A stretch of 64,000 bases of DNA from Eledone cirrhosa (GCA_964016885.1 OZ024741.1:195300001-195364000), one strand, 5' to 3'; counted from the stretch's first letter, positions 13,840-27,482 are shown. Made by a program: numbers and translations. The notes: generated by a model from the sequence alone, not told the origin.

Positions 13840-15680
13840 GTATACTTTGTGAAATGTTTTATGGAATTTATGCAAGCAGTTAGAAAACAAGTCAGTGCGT
13901 CTATTTATTATAGAATCTAGATTAGAGATAATGGTAAATTTTTCATTTAGACAGAGATTGCAGATTTTAGATAGAGAACTGTTCAAGTATAGAGACGCAG
14001 AAGAAACCTTCTTCTAAAAGATGCTATATTTAATGTTTTTGTCTTTCAAGGACCATATGAGTTCTGAGAGAGCCGTGTTGGTTCTTTTAAGTTTGTATTT
14101 AAAAGACGAATGATGGTTATAAAGACGAGCTTTAAAAGAGGTGGAAGTGGAGCCAAAATAGGTGAAGGAACTGGTGTCAGTTATAACCTTACATTCGTAA
14201 ATTAAGTTTTTATCAAGACAATGGTTGTTGAGAGGACATTTATTTTTAATAGGGCAATTGCAATTGCAATTAGAGAGATTATTAATGAGTGACCTAGTGT
14301 TATCTATAGAAGGAATTGGATTGGAGAAGTTGTTTGCGATAGGAATAATAGTTTCTTGATTTAGAATGGGATTATGAACATTTAGCGAAGTTGTGTTTGA
14401 CGTTGTATTTGGGTTTGTAGAAATTAGCCTAGGGTTTACAATGACGTCGGGAGTACTATTATTATGAAATTCAGTGTTGGAAGGAAGAGATTTAGTATTT
14501 AGTATTTTATTGTTGTGTTTAGAGATAATGTTGGAAATGTTGGAGGATGTAGAATAAGAAAATTTTATGGTGTGTTTGTTAAATATTTTACTATAGATAT
14601 GTGAGGGAGGGAAGCATTTATTTAAGGCACTAAAGAATAATTTAGGAATATTGTTATTAATAGAGATGAAGAAAGGAGCATTATACCAGATTATGTTTTT
14701 GTATCTAGGTCTTTTATTAAAGTTATTGGAATGATCATGATTAATTATTCTACTGTAATTTCTTCTAGAATTTGTTTCTTTACTATATTTGATTTTATCA
14801 GGATAGCCGGCTTTAGAAAGCGCGTTATTATAGTAATTGGCGTTAGCATCAAAGATGTTTTTATTAGAAGATAGGTTAGATATTCTTTTTCCAATATTAC
14901 TAACTATAGCATTCTTGATATTAGTAGGATGGTTAGATTTAAAGTTAACATAATTTAGGTTCTCATTGTTTTTATGGTAAGGGTAATATAGGCCAGTGTC
15001 AAGATTAAGAGATACATCCAAGAAATTAGCTAGTTTGATACTGTTATCAAATTCAATTTTTAGGTTATGTTGGTTAAAGAGATTACGTATATTGTTCTTA
15101 ATAATATTAAGGTTAACTATATTGCAATTTAAGATAGTAAAGAGTCCATCGTCACGATAAATTCCACCGCGAAGTTGAGGAATTTTCCGACTCAAAGAGT
15201 TCAAAATAAAGATACCAATTAAATCAGTCAATTGGGATGAATCGGATGCTCCCATTGTGATGTCGAAGTTGTTAGAGGTATCGGCTCTGGTCCAATATTC
15301 GTTGTTGAACTCTAGGATGGTTTTACGTGCGGTGAGAATGATGTGAAGTTCATCTGTGGTGATGTCAGAATATTTAAGTGCGAAAGATAGAGCATTATTG
15401 AGAAGTGAAGGCGAAATGGAGGAATAGTAGCTGGCAATATCAAATTGAACAAATTTTAGTTTGTTTTTATTATTCAATTTGTTGAACCAGCTAATCACTT
15501 CAGAAGTACCAAACCATAAATTTAGGTTCAAAGAAGAGCAATTAGAACGAACCTGTGGGATAATTCTATCCAAGATGGCTTTACTAACAACCCCCAGATC
15601 TGATTTAGAGGGGGCGATTAATCTAACAGGTAGTTCAGTGCGAAAATTGTTTTTGTTATCCTTGAGATTTATCCTCTGAA
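13840..15680 (-). pseudogene. Penelope reverse transcriptase - GIY-YIG endonuclease (open 14014-15573; C-terminal CNLC..EK..NRR..C.H segment beyond the stop)
   Basis: FDIASYYSSI, MGASDSSQLTDL, YRDDG, FLDVSL, YVNFKSNHP, WYNAPF, CNC..CPL..CL, LIYECKV..YFGSTSTSFKARLYNH. Confidence 0.92.
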
Positions 15681-16083
15681 GATTTATCGCACTGAGATTT
15701 ATCGCACTGAACTACCTGTTAGATTAATCGCCCTCTCTAAATCAGATCTTCGTTAATTTTCAAATTCTTTTAATTTATACATTATCTTCCAACGGTTTTC
15801 AACCTCTCTATGTAAAACAATATATCTTTCTCAGTTATAAAAGCTATCTCTCTCTCTCTATCACCCATCTCTCCTCCTATCTCATCCTTCCTCATTACAC
15901 TCCTCCCTCTCCACCTTCACTCTCATCTCCTTCTTTTTTTCATCCTTTCCACCCCCCACCCACCCCCCTCTAAATAAAATATTTTTCCCAATATCACACA
16001 TCAATCAAAAACTACTTCTCATATGTTGATTTAAAACTGAACTATCCACAAGTGTTTTTTAACCTTCATATCATGTCCTCCTG

Positions 16084-16150
16084 TTTTATCTGATGAAAAC
16101 ACAAATATTATTGCATGATGATATTTGTTTTTGAAATGCGCATAATAAAA
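16084..16150 (+). ncRNA. Minimal type I hammerhead ribozyme in the inverted pLTR
   Basis: ttttat-CTGATGA-aaacacaaatatta..tgatatttgttttt-GAAA-tgcgca-TA-ataaaa; palindromic stem III (atgcgcat). Confidence 0.85.
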
Positions 16151-16278
16151 TACATGGAACTCTTTTAACCATCTTTTGTTCTTATATATTATGTATACTC
16201 CAGTCCTACAAACTGTAGAGTGCTTCTTATCCGATATCTGCATTGCTTTATTGTACTACAATAAAACTCACCTCCTAC

Positions 16279-17041
<763 letters not shown>

Positions 17042-17071
17042 AGAATCAAAGCTATGTTCACACCATTTATT

Positions 17072-17118
17072 CACTTACAATTGTTTCATCCAAAACTAGG
17101 CTTGAAGTCTTCGGAGCA
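17072..17118 (-). ncRNA. Degenerate hammerhead motif in a pLTR-like remnant
   Basis: Reverse complement reads gct-CCGAAGA-cttcaagcctagttttggat-GAAA-caattg-TA-agtg-AATAAA; U4C change in the core. Confidence 0.55.
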
Positions 17119-17529
17119 TTTTTCAATGTTTGTACACATAATTGACCTCCTTTCCAACGCAAGAGACATACAGATACATATATATATATTGATGTACAGT
17201 GGAGTGACATATATTATACTATACTATTTTTATACACCAATTCAAATTCAAAATCAAAATAAGAATAAAAATAAAAATTAAAATACATTCGGCAGATAAC
17301 ACAGATAATGCAAGAGTTTGATAGTCAGATCTAGTAGGTAGTGTATGCGTTAGTTACACATGGAGCATGCAAGTGTGTCTCATTTTTATACTATTATTGT
17401 GTGGCAGGGTGTTACACGTAATGCAAGCACTTTAAGCAGATAAGCAAGATTATTAATGGTGGTTGTAGTGGTAAGGTATTTTTTGTATAGAACAAAAAGT
17501 ATGTGTGCAGAAAAATAAAAATAAAAAGA

Positions 17530-18187
<658 letters not shown>

Positions 18188-18194
18188 TTATACA

Positions 18195-18380
18195 TGGATT
18201 GGCAGTATTGGTAGAGGGTCGGACGCCATGCTTTGACGTATAGAGTTACGGCCCTTTCCATTCTGAGTTCAAATCCCGCCAAGGTTAACTTTGCCTTTCA
18301 TCCTTACCAGGTCGATAAAATAAAAAGTACCAGTAATACACTGGGTAATTGGTGGCCTTGTGCCAAAAGTAGAAACAATT
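18195..18380 (+). mobile_element. tRNA-derived SINE (main family of this window)
   Basis: A-box-like ttggcagtattggtaga, B-box gagttcaaatcc, conserved ctttcatcctt..ggtcgataaaat core and tail tggccttgtgcc..agtagaaacaatt. Confidence 0.88.
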
Positions 18381-18403
18381 ATATATATATACATATATAT
18401 ATA

Positions 18404-18448
<45 letters not shown>

Positions 18449-18616
18449 AAATATATATATATATATTGTTATACTTTGGGAGGGTCATGTTTCCAATAAG
18501 AAACACACGCACCAGTTGCTTTCACTTCAATTTATTATGATAAATTTATAAATTTAGGAATTTATAAATTTCCGGTTGGTTGGTTGGTTCCACAACCAGA
18601 TGGTTGTTTATATATT

Positions 18617-18659
18617 GTCAAAGTTCTTTCGTCACACATTCTGTGACCTCTTCAGTGAC
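18617..18659 (-). ncRNA. Minimal hammerhead ribozyme
   Basis: Reverse complement of the 18770-18812 motif. Confidence 0.72.
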
Positions 18660-18769
18660 TGGGGATTCTTTTCTTTGTTTTTGTGCCTCTCCTTTGTGCC
18701 ACACACACAGAAACAAGATCGCGTAGGACAGAACAAAGGAGAGGCACAAAAACAAAGAAAAGAATCCCA

Positions 18770-18812
18770 GTCACTGAAGAGGTCACAGAATGTGTGACGA
18801 AAGAACTTTGAC
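18770..18812 (+). ncRNA. Minimal hammerhead ribozyme
   Basis: gtca-CTGAAGA-g-gtcaca-gaatg-tgtgac-GAAA-gaac-TT-tgac. Confidence 0.75.
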
Positions 18813-19132
18813 AATATATAAACAACCATCTGGTTGTGGAACCAACCAACCTGAAATTAATAAATTCCTAAATTTATAAATTTATTATAATAAATTGAAG
18901 TGAAATCAACTGGTGCGTGTGTTTCTTATTGGCAACATGACCCTCCCAAAGTATAATAATATCGGTTTCAACACACGTTTTCAGATAAAGAATCTTGCTA
19001 AACAAATTCAGAAACGAAATATATATATATGTATATATATATATGTATATATATACATGTGTGTATATATATACATATATATGTATATATATGTATATAT
19101 ATATATAATATATATTATACATATATATATAT

Positions 19133-19181
<49 letters not shown>

Positions 19182-19229
19182 TATATATATAAATATATAT
19201 GTATATATGTATATATATATGTATGTATA

Positions 19230-19300
<71 letters not shown>

Positions 19301-19316
19301 GTAGATATATATATGA

Positions 19317-19362
<46 letters not shown>

Positions 19363-19405
19363 GTATATATATATATATACGTAGATATATATATGAATAT
19401 ATATA

Positions 19406-19499
<94 letters not shown>

Positions 19500-19602
19500 T
19501 GTATATATAGTGTATTTTGCAATACACTGTATGCTTAATTAAAAGCATTTCGAAGACCTTATGCTATTGTTTTAGAGTAGTGACAGTCTCACTTACTTTA
19601 AA

Positions 19603-19695
19603 TTTTCAGCAAACAGGGGAGATAAAGCTGACACAGCTATGTTTCGTACTGATTGGTACTTATCAAAGCCAAGTACTCCACCTGTTTGCTGAAAA
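19603..19695 (-). ncRNA. Hammerhead ribozyme with U3-A8 core and extended stem I
   Basis: Reverse complement reads ttttcagcaaacaggtggagtacttggct-TTGATAA-gtac-caatca-gtac-GAAA-catagctgtg-TC-agctttatctcccctgtttgctgaaaa. Confidence 0.78.
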
Positions 19696-19925
19696 TCATG
19701 AATGGTTGATTGTTATAGAATTTCTAGTAATAATCAGGAACTGATAATTAAGAGCGATTGCCGGTCAAGCAGAAATTGAAAATTAGAATTGGTGCTCTGA
19801 AATAACGATATATATATGAATGTATATATAGTGTATTTTGCAATACACTGTATGCTTAATTAAAATCATTTCGTAGACCTTATGCTATTGTTTTAGAGTA
19901 GTGACAGTCTCACTTACTTTAAATG

Positions 19926-20001
19926 TTCAGCAAACAGGGGAGATAAAGCTGACACATCTATGTTTCGTACTGATTGGTACTTATCAAAGCCAAGTACTCC
20001 A
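19926..20001 (-). ncRNA. Second copy of the U3-A8 hammerhead (5' stem I truncated)
   Basis: Same motif in the second tandem unit, with one stem III substitution. Confidence 0.65.
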
Positions 20002-20110
20002 TTTCAGAGCGCCAATTCTAATTTTCAATTTCTGCTTGACCGGGAACCGCTCTGTATAATCAGTTCCTGATTATTACTAGAAATTTTATAAGAATCAAAC
20101 ATTCATGATT

Positions 20111-20199
20111 TTCAGCAAACAGGTGGAGTACTTGGCTTTGATAAGTACCAATCATTACGAAACATAGCTCTGTCAGCTTTATCTCCCCTGTTTGCTGAA
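20111..20199 (+). ncRNA. Third (inverted) copy of the U3-A8 hammerhead
   Basis: ggct-TTGATAA-gtaccaatcattac-GAAA-catagctctg-TC-agct, with single mismatches in stems II and III. Confidence 0.65.
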
Positions 20200-20341
20200 C
20201 ATTTAAAGTAAGTGAGACTGTCACTACTCTAAAACAATAGCATAAGGTCTTCGAAATGCTTTTAATTAAGCATACAGTGTATTGCAAAATACACTGTATA
20301 TACATTCATATATATATCGCTATTTCAGAGCACCAATTCTA

Positions 20342-20374
<33 letters not shown>

Positions 20375-20417
20375 CGTGCGCACACACAGTCACAAATTTA
20401 CCACACACAAATATACT

Positions 20418-20513
<96 letters not shown>

Positions 20514-20647
20514 ATATCAAAGAATAAATGTTTGCTATTGTGAAAGTATTTTAGGAAGATCTTGTGAGAAGCTTTTACACAACAGGATATAGATGTAGAA
20601 TTGCATTGTTGAATGAAGGATGTGCGAGGTAGTTTGGAATACTGCAC

Positions 20648-20778
20648 GAAAGAAGAAGAAGAAGAAGAAGAAGAAGAAGAAGAAGAAGAAGAAGAAGAAG
20701 AAGAAGAAGAGGGGGGAAGGGGGGAGAAGAAGAAGAAGAAGAAGAAGAAGAAGAAGAAGAAGAAGAAGAAGAAGAAGA

Positions 20779-20850
<72 letters not shown>

Positions 20851-21060
20851 AAGAAGAAGAAGGAGGGGGGGAGGAGGAAGAAGAAGAAGAAGAAGAGAAG
20901 AAGAAGAAGAAGAAGAAGAAGAAGAAGAAGAAGAAGAAGAAGAAGGGAGGAGGAGGAGGACAACACCAACAACAACAACACCACCACCACCAACAACAAC
21001 AACGATGACAATGACGCGACAGCGACAACAACAATATCAATAAGGACTACAACAATAAAT
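20648..21060. repeat. Compound trinucleotide microsatellite (GAA)n-(TAA)n-(GAA)n-(GAG)n-(CAA)n
   Basis: Direct reading. Confidence 0.95.
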
Positions 21061-22512
21061 GATCCCTCCGTTGGGTTTAATTCTGCCGTATACTCTTCAC
21101 GGAGGTGAAGTAACAATAGAAGGTTGTCTAAGTCACCATGTTATGTGAAATGTCATTATGACTAGTCTCATTCGAGTGTTTAACCGATTTTTGTTGCCAA
21201 TATAATTAGATTTTTTTTCATTACAATTTCTACACTCATAAAATGTGTGTGTGTATGTATGCTTATACATGTTTGTCTATGTATATAAACAAACTCCAGA
21301 GTCTTCACTGGGAGAATGAGTATATACATAAAATTACATATTCTTTTATTTACATTCGAATCGTTATATACACTTTTATTTACAATTGAATTAATATCGT
21401 TGTTTTTTGTATATATTGTTTACATTCGAGTAAAAACTTGCACTAAAGACAGTTTTTTAATTGCACATGTCGAACACGAATTCAACGCAGCTGCGCTAAC
21501 TACACGGAAGTGGACTGACGGACGAACGGACACGAAATCGAAATTATTAGTAAGATTGTATTTTTGCTTTGTCAGGTGTTGTCAGCCTGACATTAAAACC
21601 TTTATTTTCAATTTTGATTTTCTTCTTTCTTGTTTGAAATGGAAAATGAGAGAGAGAGAGAGAGTGGGAGTAGTAATAATAGAGAGAAGGAGGGAGGGAA
21701 AGAGAAAGAGAGCGAGGGGTAGGAAGAAAGAGAGAGAGGGGTAGGAAGAAAGAGAGAGGGAGAAATATGCGATACCTTGATCACAGCACAGACTCCTGTG
21801 TTCAACAGGGCCGAAGGAGCCCCAACTAGTGTTTGCATCTATATTTGTTCCTGTTTCCATGCACATGTGTGTGTGTGGTAATTATTGGTAGAGTAATAAA
21901 ACACATATTCAGCACTGAAATGATAGCGGAGAAGCAGGCGACTGCTACCTACTAGAGAAGGTGAAGGAGATGAAATTGTGTGTGAGGGAGAGGGGGTGCA
22001 ACGTGATACATTCACTTAACTAGAATTATTTGGAAAAGAGTTGAAGGTAGGTCAATATCTTTTTAAAGTCTTAACTAGAAAATAAACACCAGCATACTAA
22101 GAGTGGCATACCCTTACACTAGATGGATGGATGGATGGATGGATGGATGGATCTGTAACTCCTGATGGAGTCGTAGGAGCGCCTTAGGGACATATGGAGT
22201 ATCATGGGTACTTTAAACCTGGCGGACCCCATCTTTCTCCAGGTCTGAACACAACTGATTTCTTCTAGAGAACAAGAGACTGAGTGATAGAGTGTTTAAT
22301 ATACCGTAGTACTTAAAACATTCAAACTTTAACTAATGAGCACTCAATACTGATGGATAAAGTGAAGAAATGTATTGTCTTCGTAGAAATATAGCAGTAA
22401 CTTCAACCATTCCCTTCATCTGGCTGCTAGATATATTTATTTATTTATCCATTTATTATGCTAGTGTGTTGCGGAAGAGTGGTGAAATTATAATCTCTCT
22501 TGGTGTATAAAT

Positions 22513-22790
22513 TGTGGTTAGAAAAAGCTATCTCACTTACCGCTTTTCATAGGCGCCACTACATCCCATGGTTGGTTTCTCCTCTGCCACGTGCGTACGA
22601 TCCAACTCATTAACACCGGGAGCTGCCAAACTCGCGTCCACCATGCTCATGATCACCGCTAGAGGGAGGCCGACCTGCTGGCCCTTCCGGTCGAGCACCC
22701 TTGCGGCCAAGCACCCTTCCGGTCAAGCACTCTTACAGTCGAGTACTCCCCAGCTTCCGGCCACCGCACACCACACCACACCATACCCCC
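22513..22790 (-). repeat. 3' LTR of the Gypsy element
   Basis: Colinear with 26485-26758 with scattered substitutions. Confidence 0.9.
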
Positions 22791-23049
22791 CCCCCCTGAT
22801 CTCAAAGATCAATTTCCCCCTCGTCCTTCTGCATATGAAAGTCTGCTGTCCAGGTTGGTCGTTTGCGACTTCTTTGCGATCTCCGCAGTGTTGGGTTTCC
22901 TCTTTGGGTTTCCTCTTCCTAGGAGTCCGTTTGACACAGTATTTGTGCGGACGTCCAGGACATGACGTGGTACTCCGTCCACGGACACATTGTTCTGGGA
23001 ATTTACGGCCTTCACCGTTCCCCTTCCCCATTGAGATGTGCAACGTGCA

Positions 23050-25600
23050 TCTGTGGGCTTAACCTAGACTTCTTCGCCCACCTGCACGAATGCATTCTCT
23101 CTCCCCACTGGCCGTTGTGGTGGCGTGCACGGGTGCCGCCACTCGTATCTGAATACTGCTCTGTGTGGCACCGATTTCTCAACCTGTCCCACCCGAGGGG
23201 ACATGTTGTACCAGAACACTGCCTCGATTGGTGAGATGTGGCCCCGCTCCGCCATTTCTTTGATCGTCCGGTGGTGTCGCTCCACGATTCCATTTCCGCT
23301 CGGCCTGTACGCTGCTCTGAAGAAACGGTCCACCTTCCACCCATCAGCGCATTCGAGCGGAATGCTGCGCTGGTGTCCAGCAGCAGTTCGCCCACAGGGC
23401 CCCGCTCCAAGAACACCTCTCTCAACGTCCGCATGATTTCCTCGGCCGTTCCAGTTTTCATCTCCCTCCATATCGCCATCCGTCCCGGTCCACAGTCGAC
23501 CATCGAGAGATACGTTCCCTGTCGGTAGTGTTTACATCCACCGGCAAGCGCTTCCAGTCGCGATCCAACGGGAGGCTTCCCGTTTCGTGCACACCCGGGG
23601 CGGGATCAATGGACTGACATCGGACGCAGCCTCTAACCACTCTTTGAACACTGTGTCTGTTAACGTCCGAGTCGATTCTCCTGGCTAGGAACAGAGTCCT
23701 ATCCACTCCCATGTGGTGCATGTCATGCAACCATTTCAGATCCGACTCGGTCAGCCAACACACGGCAGCTATCTCCTCTTCTACCTCCTCCGGCGCTTCC
23801 ATCCAGGCTTTCTTCACCCTGGTTAAGACGTCCGCCCTATTTTTCTCTGAGGGCACGAAAACTACGCTCAGCCTCAGGTCGAACTCGGTGGCCAGCTCTC
23901 CTAAAGTTCCCAGGCGGCGCTTTATCAGCATCTCCGCCGCTCCTCTCGTTCGCACTCTCTTCTCACTGGTGAGCACTGATCTCACAAATCCGAGTACAGT
24001 AGCCGAGTCGGTGCGTATCTCGATGGTGCGCAGTCCCCACCTCAGGGCGAGGTTCACCCCTCTCAACACCGCGTCCAGCTCGGCCACATTGATGTGGTTG
24101 CAGTCGTCCTTCTTCTTAAGCCAGGCTGCATCCTTGACCTCAGCACCTCCTATCTCCAACGTGAAACCCAGCGCTATGCTGCTGGCATCGCACCATACGG
24201 TCCCGCTCTGCGATTTGGGAACATACCAGCATCCCCGCACTGGGTCGTCGGCCTTCACCCTCTCCACGATCTCCTGTATCATGGCCACCGTCCTCTCTCC
24301 CACTCTGTCACTCCAAGTCACCCCTCCCGCTCGTCTCTTGACATAGCTGCATGCCGTCCGGAGCCACCCAGCAATCGGATAGTGACCCACCAACTTTCCA
24401 CACACCGACAAAAGCTCCCGCCTACTCATACTTGGGCCCAGTTCTGGAACTTCATTTCCCCTCTGGAATACTAAGACGCCCGTCCTGTCTCGCCGTAGCC
24501 TAAGTTCCAGCGCGGCTCCTCCCTCCAACGCTTCTGACGGTTTCGCAGCCAGTCCATACCCCTGTAAATGGCTCGTGACCTCCGCCGCCGACACTACAGA
24601 CTCGCCTACTAGGATGTCGTCAATGTAGGAATTAGTGGCCATCTTCATCTTGTCGGCCTTTCCCAGAATGGTCTTGAGGACCGCCGCCATGATGATCAGT
24701 GCGGAGCTCAGCCCGAAACAGAGCCTGGTCAGGCAATATGTCCGGCCCTTATACCTGACCAGCTGATACTGCCAGAGCTTCTCATCTATATGCAATTGCA
24801 AGTATGCCGACTTTAGATTTTCGATTGCGGAACCCCCCGTCATGCGTCTCCACTCACGCAGGGTTTCCCCACAAACATCTGTGACCTCGCCACCCCTGTG
24901 GCATGACACTTGCTCGTTCAGCTCGTGTCCAGTACCGGCCTCACCTTGTTCTTCGTGGGTTGCGCCACCGCCATTAACGGCAATACTCCGCACTTCACCT
25001 TCTCTTTCCAGGGAAGCAGCCCTCCTCAATCCATCTCTCTACCTCTCGCTCGAACTCGCTCCTAATGTCTCCCTTCAATGTGTGTTGATAGCAGCCCACT
25101 TTGGTCTTCAGTGTTGGTGGTTCTCCCTTCCAGTACCACTCAACAACCCATCGCTGCCCATCGAACACGGCCTTGAAGTCTTTGTCCTGCACAGTGTAAG
25201 CGGGGTATTTCTCCTCGTGGGCCTTCTGGTTCTCCTGTCGCGTACTTACCGCGCATACCGATGCGGCGCCGCCAAACGACACACCGACGTTGTTCACTGT
25301 GACGCCTCCTAGACGGCCAATTGCGTCCATGCCCATAACCACGCCGATCCCATCCACCACGTTGTCGACTACGATGGCAGAAAGCCTTATTTTCCTTCCC
25401 CGTACCGCCATCTCCACCTCGCTGCGACCTCGGCATTCAATTTTCCTACCGTCGACTGCACTTACGCTGCTCTTCCCTCTCCACCTCTGCTCCACCCTCG
25501 CGATCACCAGTGTCGTCATACAGCCCGTGTCCACGAGGGCTCGCTGTGGCTTTCCCCTCACGAAGACTTCCACCACGAGCAGCGCCTCTACTCGTAAGGG
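23050..25600 (-). pseudogene. pol: Gypsy pol (protease, RT, RNase H, integrase), frameshifted
   Basis: ALVDTGC; LKSAYLQ, RLCFGLSSA, YIDD; WCDAS, AELDA, RTDS; H.MG..C..C; AAYRPSGNGIVERHHRTIK. Confidence 0.9.
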
Positions 25601-26350
25601 GCAACTACCGGCGCAGTAGTTCCCCTTGGATCGTTTCCCTGGTCGCAGTTAGTAACAATATGGCCTGGTCGCTTACACCGGTAGCATATTATTTCCGGCC
25701 TTGACTCTCTACAGTCTCTCGCCATGTGCGGGCCCTGGCACCTAAAACAGCGACCTCTAAACGTTCGCGGGCGACCGCGAGCCGTGGTTACCTCCCTTTC
25801 ACCATTTCGCTGCCAGCTGTCTTGGGCCTCTGTAGTTGCCATCGCCGCGACACTTTTCTTGGCATCTTCTGCTATGATGCGGGCTTGCTCCACCAGTGCA
25901 CGCATCTCCATTTCTTTGTAACTCGGGACTTGCTATAGTTTCACCGCTATGTCGTCTGGAAATCTATTTATGAACGCCAACCGCACTGTGCGTTCGCATT
26001 CCGCCTGATATCCAGCCAACATGGCCAGTCGCCGTATTTCCGCTGCGAAAATGTCAACGCGTTCACCGTTCCATCTAATTCTTGCCAGCGTAGCAAAAGC
26101 GGCTAACAGTCCCTCAGCGAACGCTTCCATCATGCGCCTCTCGATCTTTTACGCATCCCATTGGCTGTGTTCATCCATTTCAAGGAAGAGTCCCAACACG
26201 TCCCCCTCGAGGTACAGTGCCATGAGGCCAGCCACATCTTCAATCTTCTGTAAGCTTGCGACCAGCCGGACTTTTTGCAGCCAAGCGACAACATCGCCTT
26301 CACCGGTAAATGCCATAATCGCTTCGCTCGTTCGTTGTCTCATCGCCATC
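25588..26350 (-). pseudogene. gag: Gypsy gag with two CCHC zinc knuckles and in-frame stops
   Basis: FTGEGDVVAWL, LYLEGD, CFRCQGPHMARDC, CYRCKRPGHIVTNC. Confidence 0.87.
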
Positions 26351-26484
26351 CTAATTTGTCTTGCGGTACGTAATAAAAAAAACAACAACAGAGTCCTCTC
26401 TGTTTTTCCAGTAGCTTTGTTTTCGAGAAAGTTTTTATTATTTTTTTTTTTTATCAGATCTCAGTTTCCAGTGCCGAAATAGCT

Positions 26485-26758
26485 TGTGGTTAGAAAAAGC
26501 TACCTCACTTACCGCTTTTCATAGGCGCCTCTAAATCCCATGGCTGGTTTCTCCTCTTCCACGTGCATACAATCCAACTCATTAACACCGGGAGCTGCCA
26601 AACTCGCGTCCACCACGCTACTGATCACCGCTAGAGGGAGGCCGACCTGCTGGCCCTTCCGGTCGAGCACCCTTCCGGCCAAGCACCCTTCCGGCCAAGC
26701 ACTCTTCCGGTCGAGCACTCCCCAGCTTCCGGCCACCGCACACCACACCATACCCACA
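26485..26758 (-). repeat. 5' LTR of the Gypsy element
   Basis: tgtggttag...tacccaca followed by the TSD. Confidence 0.92.
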
Positions 26759-26877
26759 TAAATTATATCAGACATCGTTTTAATATGATATCTTCTGGAT
26801 ATTTTATTAACAAATTTGTTGGATGAACAATAGCACTTCCACTTAACTCGTCACGTGTTGGCTAAGGTTATTCGAAG

Positions 26878-27050
26878 GAGGGTGGTTATGTGAGTCGTTA
26901 GGGCGTCGGATAAATCTTTAGCACTAATTGTTCTACCCATTTACGCTGTGGGTTCAAATCTCTCACCGAGGTCAACATTGTCTTTCATAGGGTCGATAAA
27001 ATAATATCAGTAAAGTACAGATGTCGATTTAATTGATTTTTCACTCCTCT
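26878..27050 (+). mobile_element. Diverged tRNA-derived SINE
   Basis: gggttcaaatc B-box and ctttcatagggtcgataaa core. Confidence 0.65.
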
Positions 27051-27301
27051 CAATTAAGTATATAAAATGGAGAGACAAGAGAGAGGAGGGAGAGGGATGG
27101 AGGGGGATTCTATTTAAGAAATATACAGTTATTTAACAAACTTTATTCGTAAGTTTGTTAAATATAAGACAACTCTAAGTTTCTTTTATTGTAGTTAAGT
27201 TATTGTTTATATTTTTCGTGCAGTAAGCATCGAAAAGCGAATTAAAAATAAGTATCCATCGTGGAGAAAATAACATACATTCAATGACTAATATTATTTC
27301 A

Positions 27302-27482
27302 ATTGGCAGTATCGGTAGAGGGTCGGACGCCATGCTTTCCAGCATAGTTACGCCCCTTTACGATCTGAGTTCAAATCCCGCCGAGGTTGACTTTGCCTTT
27401 CATCCTTAAGGGGTCGATAAAATAAAGTACCAGTAATGCACTGGGTGATTGCTGGCCTTGTGCCTAAAGTAGAAACAATTAT
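27302..27482 (+). mobile_element. tRNA-derived SINE
   Basis: Full match to the family of 18195-18380. Confidence 0.9.

Larger units (their letters stand above)
18463..19020. mobile_element. Head-to-head palindromic pLTR/retrozyme-like element with two hammerheads
   Basis: Inverted arms about 18463-18688 / 18733-18962, flanked by (TA)n. Confidence 0.8.
19495..20342. mobile_element. About 320-bp retrozyme/pLTR-like unit: ~1.6 tandem copies plus one inverted, permuted copy
   Basis: atgaatgtatatatagtgtattttgcaatacac at about 19495 and 19816; reverse-complement copy at 20001-20342. Confidence 0.85.
22513..26758 (-). mobile_element. Ty3/Gypsy LTR retrotransposon, decayed, with both LTRs and TAAAT TSD
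   Basis: Direct repeats 22513-~22790 and 26485-26758 (TG...CA); taaat at 22508-22512 and 26759-26763; G-run PPT on the minus strand at about 22786-22796; order gag-PR-RT-RH-IN. Confidence 0.93.

Noticed and set aside
27302-27385. tRNA genes at SINE heads (also 38945, 44930-45014 and others)
   Set aside because: A/B boxes are present but there is no intact cloverleaf, and they continue into SINE core and tail.
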